Of a DNA stretch of 64,000 nucleotides, positions 46,798 through 58,132 are shown in pieces. A program made the position numbers and the translations under genes. Numbering within the stretch: position 1 is the stretch's first letter; every line of letters begins with the position of its first letter. Origin of the DNA: Tetramitus jugosus (Eukaryota; Protista; Heterolobosea); contig OW569362.1 of assembly GCA_937625935.1 (NCBI GenBank), positions 458,673-522,672 on the forward strand, given 5' to 3'. The notes beneath the pieces were generated by a model. It was not told where the DNA came from and did no database searches. It saw only the letters and a program-made list of their open reading frames with translations.

Positions 46798-47202
46798 TCA
46801 CTTGTGACAACTCTTCTGCAACCAATTCATCCTAAGTGTGTGAATGCCTTCAAAAAATTTGAAATGCTCATCTACAATATTTCGATTCTCATTCAAGTTG
46901 ACATTGAACAGTTTTCCCAATCGAAAATAGTTTTCGATCTCTTCTCTTCCCAACCATTTTTTTAGTGTTCTGATCTTGTTGGACATGATCAGTCGATTGA
47001 ATTTGAATTGATTGATGCCTTTGCAAGTATAACTCAATCGCAACCATGTGCGAGTGTCACAAAACTCGATAATTGTCAACCATGTATCCTTTAAAAGTTC
47101 AGAGCGGAACTCAATCTTCACCATGCTCTCGTCATTCTCATTGTTTCTCTTGCGCTTGATTGCTGAATTTTGATCGTCATCAGGCAGTAGGACTCGTTTC
47201 AT
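46798..47202 (-). pseudogene. F-box protein with a single truncated LRR (probable pseudogene)
   Basis: LLKDTWLTIIEFCDTRTWLRLSYTCK is F-box-like. IVDEHFKFFEGIHTLRM is one LRR unit, followed at once by an apparent frameshift and stop. Confidence 0.55.
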
Positions 47203-47293
47203 TCTTTTGCCTTTGTTTAAAAAACGAGATTCGCCGTTCTGACAAAAAAAAAAAGAAACTATCAGGAACAACAAACAACGAACAATAACATCT

Positions 47294-49117
47294 ATGGATA
47301 TGCGTGAAAAGATGATTGGTTTTCAAGAGTGGCCAATTGAAATAAAGACAGCAGTATTATCCTTCTATTTGACTCCACAATCTGTCTCGCATCTATTGGG
47401 TATTGAGGATGAACAAGATGATGTAGCAGACTGGAAATACATTCATCGTGTTTGGCCCTTTATCAATTCTCTGCCAACAGAAATGTCACAGATATTATTT
47501 AGGGAAACTTCAACACCTGTTCTCTCGTTCTCAAATCTTTTGATCAATTATATTAATGTTGTTGCCAAAAAGTTCATGTATAAGCAGTATAATGAATCAA
47601 CACAACAGAACAAGTCATTTGAGAAATCAGAACATATAGTGGTGAGTGACAAAGAGAGAAGTAATGCGTTCCATAGTGCACACAAATGGATTAAGGTTGG
47701 ATCAAAGTGGTTATTGGACACTTTCTTTTCAAGAAATTCCAGAATGAGTGACTTATTCTTTAGAAGAATACGAATTTTAGATCTATCACACGTCCACAGT
47801 AATTTCTTGTTGGGATTTGATTGGAAAAATTGTTGTTATACAAAGCAATTTGAATCATATGATGCAATGATACAATGTTATGATGAATTTTTGAATGATC
47901 AACCATTGATAACAATCATTAGCAAATGTTCAAAGTTAGAGGTATTACACCTAGATCAAGCTCTTCCTACTAAATTCATTGTAGATTGTTTAGTGAGTCA
48001 TGGCCACGTTAGAGAGATACCTATGAGGAATACTATAGGAATACTGAAATCGTTGGATGGTAAATTAATGAAAAATCATTATTGCATTCAACCAATACTG
48101 TTACTTGTACATATATTGGAGTACATACATGTTTCTTGTCCAAAATTGGAGTATATTGATATGACTCACTATTGCTTGCCCGAATATGTCACACGTTCTT
48201 GCTGGAACATGTGGAGCAAGTATGAAGATGTTTTCAATTGGCGTATAGTATCCTATCCATATGGTAAACGACAGTATCAATATGAGATGGAGCATTTTGG
48301 TTACAAACGGTTGAATATGAACACCAGATACGCTAATCTAGCAGTTGTCAAAAATGATTTACGTCGTTTTATCGGGAGTCGTTGCTTTAATTATCGAGAT
48401 GCAACATATTTTGACAAAATTGATTCCAGTGCTCTGGACTCCAAGGGTAATAATCTCTTACTTTGGGTATTCAGTAAACCAAGGAGATCCTTGTATAATG
48501 CATTAGAATTGATTGGTGCTTTCGAAAGAACGGGATGCAATGTGAAAGCATTGAATTTCAGAAATGAAAATCTATTGCAAATGATAACAACAAAACATCG
48601 CAATTTATGGTTTGAAGTGTTTGAACGCATTTTATTCAAGTATGAGTTTGATCTAAATTATGTTACAATCAATGGAGACACTATTTTTGAATTAATGATC
48701 AAGGTTATGATTAGTTTTATCAGGTTTGAAAGTAACGTTACTGATAAATCTGCTAACAGTCCAAGTGAGCTGCGGAAGGCTGATCAAGTTGCACATATCA
48801 TGTTCAGCTTGTCAAGACATGGTGCTGTTGTCAGGCGAGAAACAATCGGGTTACTAATAACTCGAGCATTACCAACGTTAATCGATTACTTTATCAACCA
48901 AGATCCAATGATTCTACCATTATTAGAAGATGTCAGGTTAACACATTGTCAGTTGATTGAGAAACATGGAGAAAGTTCAACCGAGTGCTTACGACAGATA
49001 CTGTTCAGCATTTGCCAAGGAAACACTGAGCTACTTCAAGCAGTACAACAGTCATACTCATTCTATTTACACAATAAGCAGAATCTATCAACTTGCATCA
49101 GTTTACTAGGAGAATAA
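47294..49117 (+). CDS. F-box-like / LRR / degenerate ankyrin protein
   Basis: FQEWPIEIKTAVLSF; IRILDLS, CSKLEVLHL, CPKLEYIDM; DSKGNNLLL, NFRNENLLQ, INGDTIFEL. Confidence 0.6.
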   Translation: MDMREKMIGFQEWPIEIKTAVLSFYLTPQSVSHLLGIEDEQDDVADWKYIHRVWPFINSLPTEMSQILFRETSTPVLSFSNLLINYINVVAKKFMYKQYNESTQQNKSFEKSEHIVVSDKERSNAFHSAHKWIKVGSKWLLDTFFSRNSRMSDLFFRRIRILDLSHVHSNFLLGFDWKNCCYTKQFESYDAMIQCYDEFLNDQPLITIISKCSKLEVLHLDQALPTKFIVDCLVSHGHVREIPMRNTIGILKSLDGKLMKNHYCIQPILLLVHILEYIHVSCPKLEYIDMTHYCLPEYVTRSCWNMWSKYEDVFNWRIVSYPYGKRQYQYEMEHFGYKRLNMNTRYANLAVVKNDLRRFIGSRCFNYRDATYFDKIDSSALDSKGNNLLLWVFSKPRRSLYNALELIGAFERTGCNVKALNFRNENLLQMITTKHRNLWFEVFERILFKYEFDLNYVTINGDTIFELMIKVMISFIRFESNVTDKSANSPSELRKADQVAHIMFSLSRHGAVVRRETIGLLITRALPTLIDYFINQDPMILPLLEDVRLTHCQLIEKHGESSTECLRQILFSICQGNTELLQAVQQSYSFYLHNKQNLSTCISLLGE

Positions 49118-49264
49118 TAGCAACTTGAAGAACATAGTGAAATCAGAAGGCCTCACAAGTTTCATTGATAGATGAATGAAGTGTCAAAGTTCAAGTTGAT
49201 GGGAAAAGAATAGGCTAATTAAGCGTGGTCAACATTTAACAAAGTCCATGCACCATCAGGAAGA

Positions 49265-49966
49265 TTATTTACAACAAGAACATCTCCTACTTCCAAAAGG
49301 TGTAAAGGAGAAACAAAGCGGATGGAAAACACTCTTACATGAGCAATAATAGTCATGATCTTCGCAACCAGCATGACATTGACAATCACCACAAATATGT
49401 TCCCAACAACTACATGCATTACCACACATTCCGAAACATGAATTGTTGCATTTCTTGTAGGGACTAGGACATGCTTCATTCTCATTCATGCGCCACTCGA
49501 GCTTTGATTCTCTATTGATTCTGTACTTGTATGTTAGAGCATTATGTACCCACAATGCGAACATGTGAAATTTGGCTGCTAAATCATCATTCTTGCCAAG
49601 AAATCCCAAATCTGCCAATTCAAAAGAGCATTCTGGAATCATCAGAGTAGAAGGCAAATGAGCCACTTGTTGGAAATATTCTCTGCTTTTTGAATCTCTG
49701 GTATTATTGGTGATAATGTGATCCAGGATAATCAAAGTGTCTTCTTTACCACTATTACCACCACCACTGTACTTTAGCATAAAAAGTTGAGTTCCATGTT
49801 CCAAACATATTCTCAAGTATTGCTCTCTAACTTCAAAGAATATTGATTCATCTTGTATCTCACAGAAACCCTGAAGGACGCCATCCTTTTCACTTGCTTC
49901 CACATGGGCTTTGACAGTCCAAATCATGGCACACAAGAACAACACCAGTACCAATATTTTGATCAT
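49265..49966 (-). CDS. Secreted protein with C-terminal Cys-rich domain (CFGMCG..CW..CGDC..GCEDHD)
   Basis: Signal peptide and a dense Cys cluster containing an HD dipeptide. Confidence 0.8.
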   Translation of the reverse strand: MIKILVLVLFLCAMIWTVKAHVEASEKDGVLQGFCEIQDESIFFEVREQYLRICLEHGTQLFMLKYSGGGNSGKEDTLIILDHIITNNTRDSKSREYFQQVAHLPSTLMIPECSFELADLGFLGKNDDLAAKFHMFALWVHNALTYKYRINRESKLEWRMNENEACPSPYKKCNNSCFGMCGNACSCWEHICGDCQCHAGCEDHDYYCSCKSVFHPLCFSFTPFGSRRCSCCK

Positions 49967-51089
49967 TTTCCTGAAGGATTTAACATGGAATTGTCACAGA
50001 GTCCATCAGAAACTTGTTGAAATTTCCTGATCAGATCCTAAGAATACTAGATCTGATCTTTGTGTATCTCCGCTGACAGATTAACGCACTCTACAGATTG
50101 AAGAAATGACATCATTTCAGCAGCATCATGTAAGAGAAGACGGACCCACGGAGAAAGAACAAACGAGAACTAGTTGTACAGTGGAGAATTGGTCAACTAT
50201 TCAATTACATTTGAAATGTATGGGTAACCCGAATCATCAAAGGTGTTGATTCATATTCTCCACACGTACACATATCCCACTTTCTTCTCTCGAATGTAAG
50301 CTTCTCTCTGCAGGCTGCATCCAAGAAACCAGAGATTGATGAATAAGAAGTGAAATGAATTCATATTATCTTGATAGTTTCTTTATGCAGTTTATCAGGA
50401 CTTTTTGGTGATCACGCCTACAGAAAAACAACAATGAGGCCGAGTCACAAAGTGGCTCGTGGGATTACGCTCTATTCCGAGTTGTGATCCCATTTTCTTT
50501 CCCAAACAACAGAAGTTAGAAATCATTTGAAACACCTCAGATTGGATTCCTAGTTAGCGTTTATTGCAAATTTACTTAAAGATGTTCAGTGGGAAGCAGT
50601 TCCTTGTGGTCCCATTTCATTCCAATAACAGAAGAATTTTTCAATCCTATCTACCATGAGATATGTCGCTCAGAACCGTACATTCGTTTGATGCAAGATC
50701 TTTTCATTGCATTTACCAATCTTTAAACTTTTGTTTCCCTCTTCTTGAGGCCATGTACTACTACTATTTCTTTCATCAGTACCTCCTTCTTTACCCAATA
50801 GAAAGAGCGTTATCCTCCATTACTTCTTAATTCTAACAATTATGCCCGTCATTGTTTTGTTCCTTCCTCACAGGAGGTGTACAAGTGAGGAAGGGTTTTT
50901 CACTGGGATGTCAAAAACGCGTGAATAGGTCTATTATTCAGAGATAGTGTCTACGTTCATACAATGGTGGAACCACCTCTTCCCATTTCGAATAGAGAAG
51001 TTAAGCACCATCTGGCTGAGTTAGTATTGAGATAGGAGACTACTCGAGAACCCTCAGTAATGTAGGCTTTTGCTTCTGTTTTCTGGAGC

Positions 51090-51280
51090 GTGCTGGGAAC
51101 TATGCCAACCAACCAATAAGGTAAACCATATTCACTATCCACACCATAACCAATCGCTCTCACGGCCGTGAACACCCATAAAACCGCCAGAAACATGTCT
51201 GTACACACACCAGAACTATAGCTCATAAAATCACCAAACACATTGAACGGGACCGTTGGTCACCAACTCCTTTTGGATCT
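51090..51280 (-). pseudogene. Cathepsin B-like (C1A) protease fragment
   Basis: Frameshifted reading IQKELVTNGPVQ/FNVFGDFMSYSSGV/RHVSGGFMGVH/AVRAIGYGVDSEYGLPYWLV. Confidence 0.85.
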
Positions 51281-51480
51281 GGAGTTTACAAGAATTCTTA
51301 TGGTATTTATGTCGGAGGACATGCAGTTAGTCTCGTCGGTTGGGATGGGAGTAACTGGTAATCAACCCTATTGGATTGTTGCTAACCAATGGGGAACAGG
51401 TTTTGGCATCAACGGATTCTTCTGGATCAGTAGAGGATAATGAAGTTGGATTTGAATCAAGCATGTGGAGAGCTGCCTAA
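51275..51480 (+). pseudogene. Cathepsin B-like (C1A) protease fragment, second paralog
   Basis: SGVYKNSYGIYVGGHAVSLVGW/GVTGNQPYWIVANQWGTGFGINGFFWISRG/NEVGFES, with frameshifts. Confidence 0.88.
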
Positions 51481-52126
51481 AACTTCAACTCACAATGTAA
51501 ATATGAAAATTTCATGACAATAAAAGAAAACCAGGGGAGGATCAATTGATATCTCTGCTAAATGTCGAGGAGAACAAGGGCGATGATACCCAACTACGAA
51601 CCAATTTTTTCCTTCAAAAGCTATATGGACGAGTGCTGCTCGCACGTAAATATATGTTGACGTATACTGAGCAGAATACAAAATTGTAATTCGAGACATC
51701 TCTTTTTCAAAAGCGGCAAAACGATTAATAATCGACAGGACCGCCACTACCTGAGACAAAGAAGAAATCTTCACCAAAAACCGCTCTCTTCACTGGCCAA
51801 TGTCTCAGAGAAACCATTCCATGTTTGGAATTGGCACAGTAGATGGAACACAAACTCATAAGTGTTCACTGGAGGAAAATGAGTCCCTGCATCGAGTCTC
51901 AAGCACTTTTAAGAACAAAAAATCGCATACGAGCACATCCTTGTGAAATATGAGAGTCGTATGTACCTCTATTCACTGTGTGTGAACACAATAACCTTTC
52001 ACACCCTCCTCTTTTTGCGATGGTCCTTGGTATCGAAATTGAGATTGGAAACATTATTCATTTCCTTACTCACCTGATGCAGAGGTAGAGTACAACCAAT
52101 CAATAGGGCCAACAAAGCGATAATGA

Positions 52127-52920
52127 CTAGAATACTGGTACATATGACTGATTCACTTCGTTGGCTTCATACACTGGACCCAGAAAATCAGATTGCACTT
52201 GAACATCCAACAGCAACAAATCAATACCATAAGGATTCACAAGTCGTCCCACTTGAACAATCTTTGAATTTGCTCTGCGACCGTACGAGAATTGTAGTTT
52301 GGATGTTGTGCTCAATATGCTCAAATTGAATCGTTCGTTCATCATTTGAATCGAGTGTCTCACGATAGGATCAGTATTGGTTTTTGCAGTTGTCAAGTGC
52401 GGAGTCACAGTTCCGTTCACAGTCACATAATTGAATGATTGACAAGAATTCTTGTTAAGTGATGCCGCCCAATCACATGTCAAAACTTGGGTACTCGTGA
52501 CGTCAGCATGTCGGATTTCAGAAACTTAAGCAGAACTTGAATAAAACAGAGATTATCCAACCAGAAGTTAGCAACCATGTATGTACATGATAAATACGCT
52601 TTGTTACGGTACATCTCCTTCGAGAAATTTGATTGATTGCCTCTGAGGGGATTCGCGGTGTTCTTGGCTAAGAAGGCCTCATTAGACAAAGGATGTTAGA
52701 TGAAAACAATGGTTATTAGAGCTGTTTCCGACCCTGATCAATCATGAAGCAATCGGTAAATCAAAGTTGCAGTGGCCATAACCATTCAACAGACCATTGT
52801 TCGAGAAGTGCCCTTTTTTGGTCGTGATACTCGTTGTATTGCACGATCGAATCTGCGAACACATCATCCGCCGGGTGGGAATGGTTAAGTTTGGTCAATA
52901 ATTGAACCAAGGGATCTCAA
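52127..52920 (-). pseudogene. Degenerate fragment of an unidentified protein gene
   Basis: Consecutive protein-like short ORFs on the minus strand separated by frameshifts. Family not recognised. Confidence 0.35.
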
Positions 52921-53103
52921 TTCGAACCATACATCTCTCCATTATGGGCTATCCAGCCTTGAAAGAGCAAACCTCTTTCTTTTAGAAAACTATCGGCCAG
53001 TGGTCCCTTGAAGAGATCCAATAATGAGCAGACTATCAAGAAATATTTCACAACAGTAAACACAACATAAACTACTAACAACAACACACGCCAGTCACTC
53101 ATC

Positions 53104-53817
53104 ATGAAAGATGCCATACTCAACAGTACTAAGCAAACCGAAACTGTTCTGCTTAGAGCAGATATGTATCAGCAGGAACGAGCAACTGAACTACAGCTTG
53201 ACTCGGCAGGAAATCAAACTCAAATTTCTTGCTCTCGTGCCATTGATCCATCAAAACCAACATCCTTCCGCAACAAAATTCAAATCCCAAGGTCTGACAT
53301 GGAAAAGTACCTTAACTGTCCTCAGCGTTTGGCTGCTCAAAAGTTGGGTGTTTCCGTGTCGACTCTCAAGAGAAGGTTCTATCAATTGAAAATAGGTCGA
53401 TGGCCCTATCAATTGACACAAGACAGAAGGAGAAAAAGTGTGTGGCATCTGATCAATGAAGTGGAGACAAAAAGTGAGAAGGAGCTGTGTCCAAACACTG
53501 TTCAAACATTGACTCGTCTCTTCTCAATGACCCTCCAAGAGCAACAACTGTTGGCAACTCAAAATCAATCATCACAACGATTCTCAATCAATGGAAGTGA
53601 ACCTCCAAACTTCAAATTCATGCTCTATGTGCCAAGGAGTGAAACCTTGACCAATGGAATTCGAAAGAAGCCCAGAAGGTTTTGGAGATTAGACCATAGC
53701 ACAAGCACCAACAATGAATCTCCAAAAATCTCGTTCCAGGTGGACAAAACAATTCGGGAAGTTCCCATTGCCAATCAACACTTGAACCAATCATTTTCAA
53801 GAACCAAGCTTTTCTAA
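53104..53817 (+). CDS. RWP-RK domain transcription factor
   Basis: IPRSDMEKYLNCPQRLAAQKLGVSVSTLKRRFYQLKIGRWPYQ. Confidence 0.9.
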   Translation: MKDAILNSTKQTETVLLRADMYQQERATELQLDSAGNQTQISCSRAIDPSKPTSFRNKIQIPRSDMEKYLNCPQRLAAQKLGVSVSTLKRRFYQLKIGRWPYQLTQDRRRKSVWHLINEVETKSEKELCPNTVQTLTRLFSMTLQEQQLLATQNQSSQRFSINGSEPPNFKFMLYVPRSETLTNGIRKKPRRFWRLDHSTSTNNESPKISFQVDKTIREVPIANQHLNQSFSRTKLF

Positions 53818-53857
53818 TTCGCCAAAACAATAAGTAAAATACAAGATGAAAAATTCT

Positions 53858-54578
53858 TTAGTTACAAACTTGTCTCACAAAAGAGTACTCTTGTCCATTT
53901 TCAATGTTCAACACTTCAAAACCATTCATACGGAACAACTCAACCATTCGATCAACAATCTCTTTTTCCTTTGTGGGTTCTGATGCAAAGAACCGTGCAT
54001 GCTGCTGCCATTGCTCATAACCTCTACCAAAATTTGATTACATTACTGGAACTCTGATGTATCTGTCACAAAAATTTCTCAAAAATTTCAAACTCTGAGC
54101 TCTCTACATCCAACTTTAGCAAATCAATGTGGTCCTGACCCAACATCTTCATGATTCTGAGCAGGTCCATCGTCTGTACAGTCACTGCTACATGACTCAT
54201 TCTCTTGATTGCCGTTCCACTCACATGATCCTTGTTCTTGGGCAGATTTGAGTACTGGTTTGTTGAGGATCACTGGTCAGAGCAATTGGATAGAGCTCAA
54301 ATCTTCCACTTAACTTTCTCTGTTCGACATAGTCGATCGCTTTGGGAGTTGGATCAAACGCATGCAAATTCTTGACACCAAATCTTTGAATCATCTCCTG
54401 GTCATACTCTCAGGTTAATCCCAAGGGGCACTGCAGAAGGACGTTTTTGATTTGACCGTTGGTGCCATGCTCTGGGTCCCAGAATGGGATTCAGCACAAA
54501 AACAAAGAAACATGGGATCAAAGAGACATATCAAGCAGACACCATGTTCACGATCAGGGTGAAGAATGGGACGTTCAA
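53858..54578 (-). pseudogene. FkbM-family SAM methyltransferase pseudogene (not in ORF track)
   Basis: Manual translation across frameshifts: EYDQEMIQRFGVKNLHAFDPTPKAIDY../LPKNKDHVSG..HIDLLKLDVESSEFEIF/NQILVE/HARFF..NGFEVLNIENGQEYSFVR*. Confidence 0.8.
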
Positions 54579-54579
54579 C

Positions 54580-54595
54580 TTGGGTTTGGGGTTTT
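54580..54595 (+). repeat. Interstitial telomere-like seed TTGGGTTTGGGGTTTT
   Basis: About two telomeric units in the same orientation as the telomere. Confidence 0.5.
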
Positions 54596-55567
54596 CGCAA
54601 ACCTTTTCCCTTCCCATTTACAACTCCTTCTTCTATTGAAAGGAGCATTTTGGTGTTTTTTTAAAAAAGGTTTTAGCGAATGAAATCATTCATTGTCAAA
54701 AAGAAATTTGCCAGTGCTGGCATAAGTGCTCGTGGAGCATCCACAAATGCATAACAGGACAGATATAATTTTTTGATTCTTGTTGGAATGACAGTGCGAC
54801 ACTTTCAAAGGACTCTATATCTTTTTCTATACTCGTAGCTATGGATTAGAACAAGAAAGCGAGTTTAAAGACTACTAAATCATGAAGACTACTGTCCTCT
54901 TATGAACACATTACTGAGCAGTACACTCCTTGTTATCCCTCTATCTTATACACACCTCCTTTTTTCAGCAATCAAATTCAGTTGACCAGAACATTCTTTA
55001 TCACAAACTGAAACAGCAGAATTGTTTCTGATTGAGTCGTTGTTAGCTCGCTGCTACATACAACTTGTCTATTTTCGAAAATACAAGGCTATTGCACTGC
55101 AAGGTGCTCGTCTAAAAAACATATCCCAGAACTCGTTCCTTCTGTTTTTTTATCATGAAAAGATGACTGAAGAGGTGCTGTGTATGAACACCTTCTACTT
55201 GCATGAACAAAACAGGCTTTCAACAACAGAATATAAATTGTACCCAACCTATCAATTATTTCTTTTGCACAGTTGAAACAGGACCCAAGGTTTGTCACAG
55301 ATGCTTGTGACTCTATAACCGTAAACTCAGTTAGTGAAGGAGCGAAGCGTGTCCATGCGATGGATACCTGAGTGGCAAACAGTTGGTTCGCGAAGAGGCA
55401 TAGTCATGATTCCTTGATTCACTGGTGCTACGTTCACTTATTGAAAAACGGTGCTAATCATCTTCTCAATCACAAGTATTATCCTGTTGTGGAGACTGTC
55501 TTAAGTTCAATTTGAGATCATCAGTGTCTCGAACTCAAACCTGGAAATTATTGGAGATTAATGCTTC

Positions 55568-55640
55568 TCCTAAGGTAAGTGATTCCTCCTCCATCGGATG
55601 GCATCCTAAGGTAAGTGATTCCTCCTCCATCGGTTGGTAT
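55568..55640. repeat. 36-bp tandem duplication
   Basis: TCCTAAGGTAAGTGATTCCTCCTCCATCGG starts at 55568 and again at 55604. Confidence 0.95.
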
Positions 55641-56199
55641 TCAACCAAACAGTTTTGATCAAGGAAATGGCCAATCAAATCATCCCACGCTGGGCAGCCC
55701 ATCAAGGAATTGAATCAACTAACTCGAATGTCCGAGTGTTAAAACTGCGAGAGATTTCAGAAATTGGAAAGTTTCCAATTACTCCAGACCCAACCCGTCA
55801 GAAATGAATGTGCTACGCGCAAGAAAACAAGAAAAAAGTATGTGCAAGTGGACATCAAATTTGTAGCAAGTGCTTCAATGAACCTTCCAGGCACTATATT
55901 TTGTAAAGAAAATTGTAAATGGTGTATGACATCTCGGGAAAACAAATTCTCCGTCAAATTTTAATGTCCGTCAACTTTTTGTTAAAAATAAGTGTACAAA
56001 ATCTGACCGAAATGCTCCATCGTGATTATTAGATCCATTTATTTTGGTCTCCCATCAACTTTTTTTGGATCCAGGTTCTAATCCTTCAATGGGCTGACTC
56101 ATTTTGTTGTTGTCCTGTGTGAGGAACAAAAAACCACCACCTCTCTATGTCAAGAATTACTCTGGTTCAATCTGCCTCCACGTCAACCCTGAATCGTCA

Positions 56200-58130
56200 G
56201 ATGTTGGAAGCCAAAGCATCATGTCGAATCAAGGAACTAGAAGATCAAGCGGCCAAGTTACTCCTGAGGCTAAAGAATGGCAAAAGAAGTTCAGACTTCT
56301 TAAATTAAAAAATAACAAAAAAAATTCAGACTTCTTAGTGTCAACGAACTCGAGCCAAAAACCAAAGAAAAGTTCGATTGATTGGCAAAGGCTCTCACAC
56401 CCCTGTGTAGTACTGGGATGCTTGTGGTCGAGGAAGTGACTGAGAGATCGGTGACCTGGTCCGATCCGGAGTTCGAAACACTCCTCGTTCATTAAATATG
56501 CAATGAAAAAAAAGGCAACCAAGAAAGGCAAGGATCTCTTTCAACTAGTAAAAGGAAGAGAACCTCAAGGAACTGAAGTAAAAAGTTTCCTACAAGGCCT
56601 TTCCATTCTGGCAAGTGCCTACTACAGCTCTCATCAAGATCCCTCAATAGCGTGGAGTAAAGAAACTTCAGGATGTGGCTCAGTATCTGCTTCTAAAGAA
56701 GAAACCAATCCCATTGAGCAGATCTTGCTCTGGCAGAATCGTAAGTTGCATTACTTAATCCAAATTCTTTTGATAATCCAATAGGGGAAGTGCTTGAATC
56801 CTAGAGTGCGGTACAGGAATCTCTAGGTTCTTATCTGTCCTAAACGTAAGAGAAAGCCAAAAAGCAAGATATTAGAGATAGTTACAAACTTTAGACAAAG
56901 AAAGTTACACAAAGAGATGAAAAATTTTGAACTGAAGCACAACAAAAACCTTAGTAAGGTAGTTATCCGCGATTCTTCAGGAAAGAATCTTGCATGGACC
57001 TCATATCAGTTACAGACCGAAAAAAGAAAGCTAAAGATTTGGAGGAAAATTTTGTTTCTTCGACGAAGTTCTATCAGACGGTGTTATAGTAGATGAATTT
57101 TTCAATGAGAGCGGGCAGATCACAACAACTACTTATACACCTAACTCTAACTGTTGCAGTGTTCCGTAGGGATTTATAGATGCAATTATCGACTTCTGTC
57201 AGCTCATCAACAAGCAAAGAAAAAAGATGTTGGCTTCGGCGGGTGAGTCATTGCCAAACCATACGCAGCAAAACAGAATATTTTCAAACTTACATCTCAT
57301 TATAAAGAAATTTTTGAGAACCTCTTGCTCTGCCTTGTGCTAAAACAGCATCCAATCTTGCACCAGAATCAGTTGTTTAATCATAAATGAGTCTTAACTT
57401 GACCAAGTCAGAATTCATCAAAGGTTCAACCTTGAACTTGTCATTTCCAAACTTTCTGAGCAATGTTCTCAAGGTGTTCTTAATATCAATGGTAAATTCA
57501 GCTCTCAAATTTCTATCACTCTTAGTCATGAGAGAAAAGCCAAAAAGTCATAACAGAAAGTACTCTGAATAGTAAAGAACTGATAGTTCTTATCAACATT
57601 GAGCCAATAGAGATACATCATCAAACTACTTTGTTGTTTCTTTTGGTTGACTCAAGTGGTTGACCGCGCAAAAGTTTTATGTTCAAGGAATGACAGGAAA
57701 ATATCTCCGAGGATTCCAAAATACCTTTTGACAATTGTAAATTTGTGAACCTTCAACTAAAAAATGCTATTTTTTTTACTTCCATGAATCTCTTGAGAAA
57801 GCCGTTGCACTGAAGTGTCGAAGTAATATTGGATGAAATCATGCATAAAGAAAATGAAAGTACGAAATTTGTATTTGTCTCTGTACAAATCTAGAGACCC
57901 TGAAATCGATCCAGTTGATCGGAGGTAGAACTCAAGGTTTTGATCCCCATATCCTCAGTACAAACGGAGTTGAGGGATTCTTTGGGTTCCTCAGACACTT
58001 TTCTAACTCCTTTGATGTATCAGTTCCTGATCAGGTATGAGTACACCACCTAGGCCCTACTGCCAGAATATGTCGTCAGGGACAAGACATACTTCACTAC
58101 TGCACCTGTGGCAAGACCAGAGAAAGTAGT
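56200..58130 (+). mobile_element. Degenerate P-element-like transposase remnant
   Basis: Ordered fragments HLIIKKFLR (~57293), TQVVDRAKVLCS (~57650) and LSTNGVEGFFGFLR (~57954) resemble the P-type DxxH, (D)xxxVxxAxxLFS and xxExFFGxxR motifs. Many stops; boundaries approximate. Confidence 0.45.
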
Positions 58131-58132
58131 GA

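Noticed and set aside
49970-50950. Degenerate coding-like sequence
   Set aside because: Could not assign any family by eye.
54650-55560. Degenerate coding-like sequence, possible element gene
   Set aside because: Many stops and no diagnostic motif.
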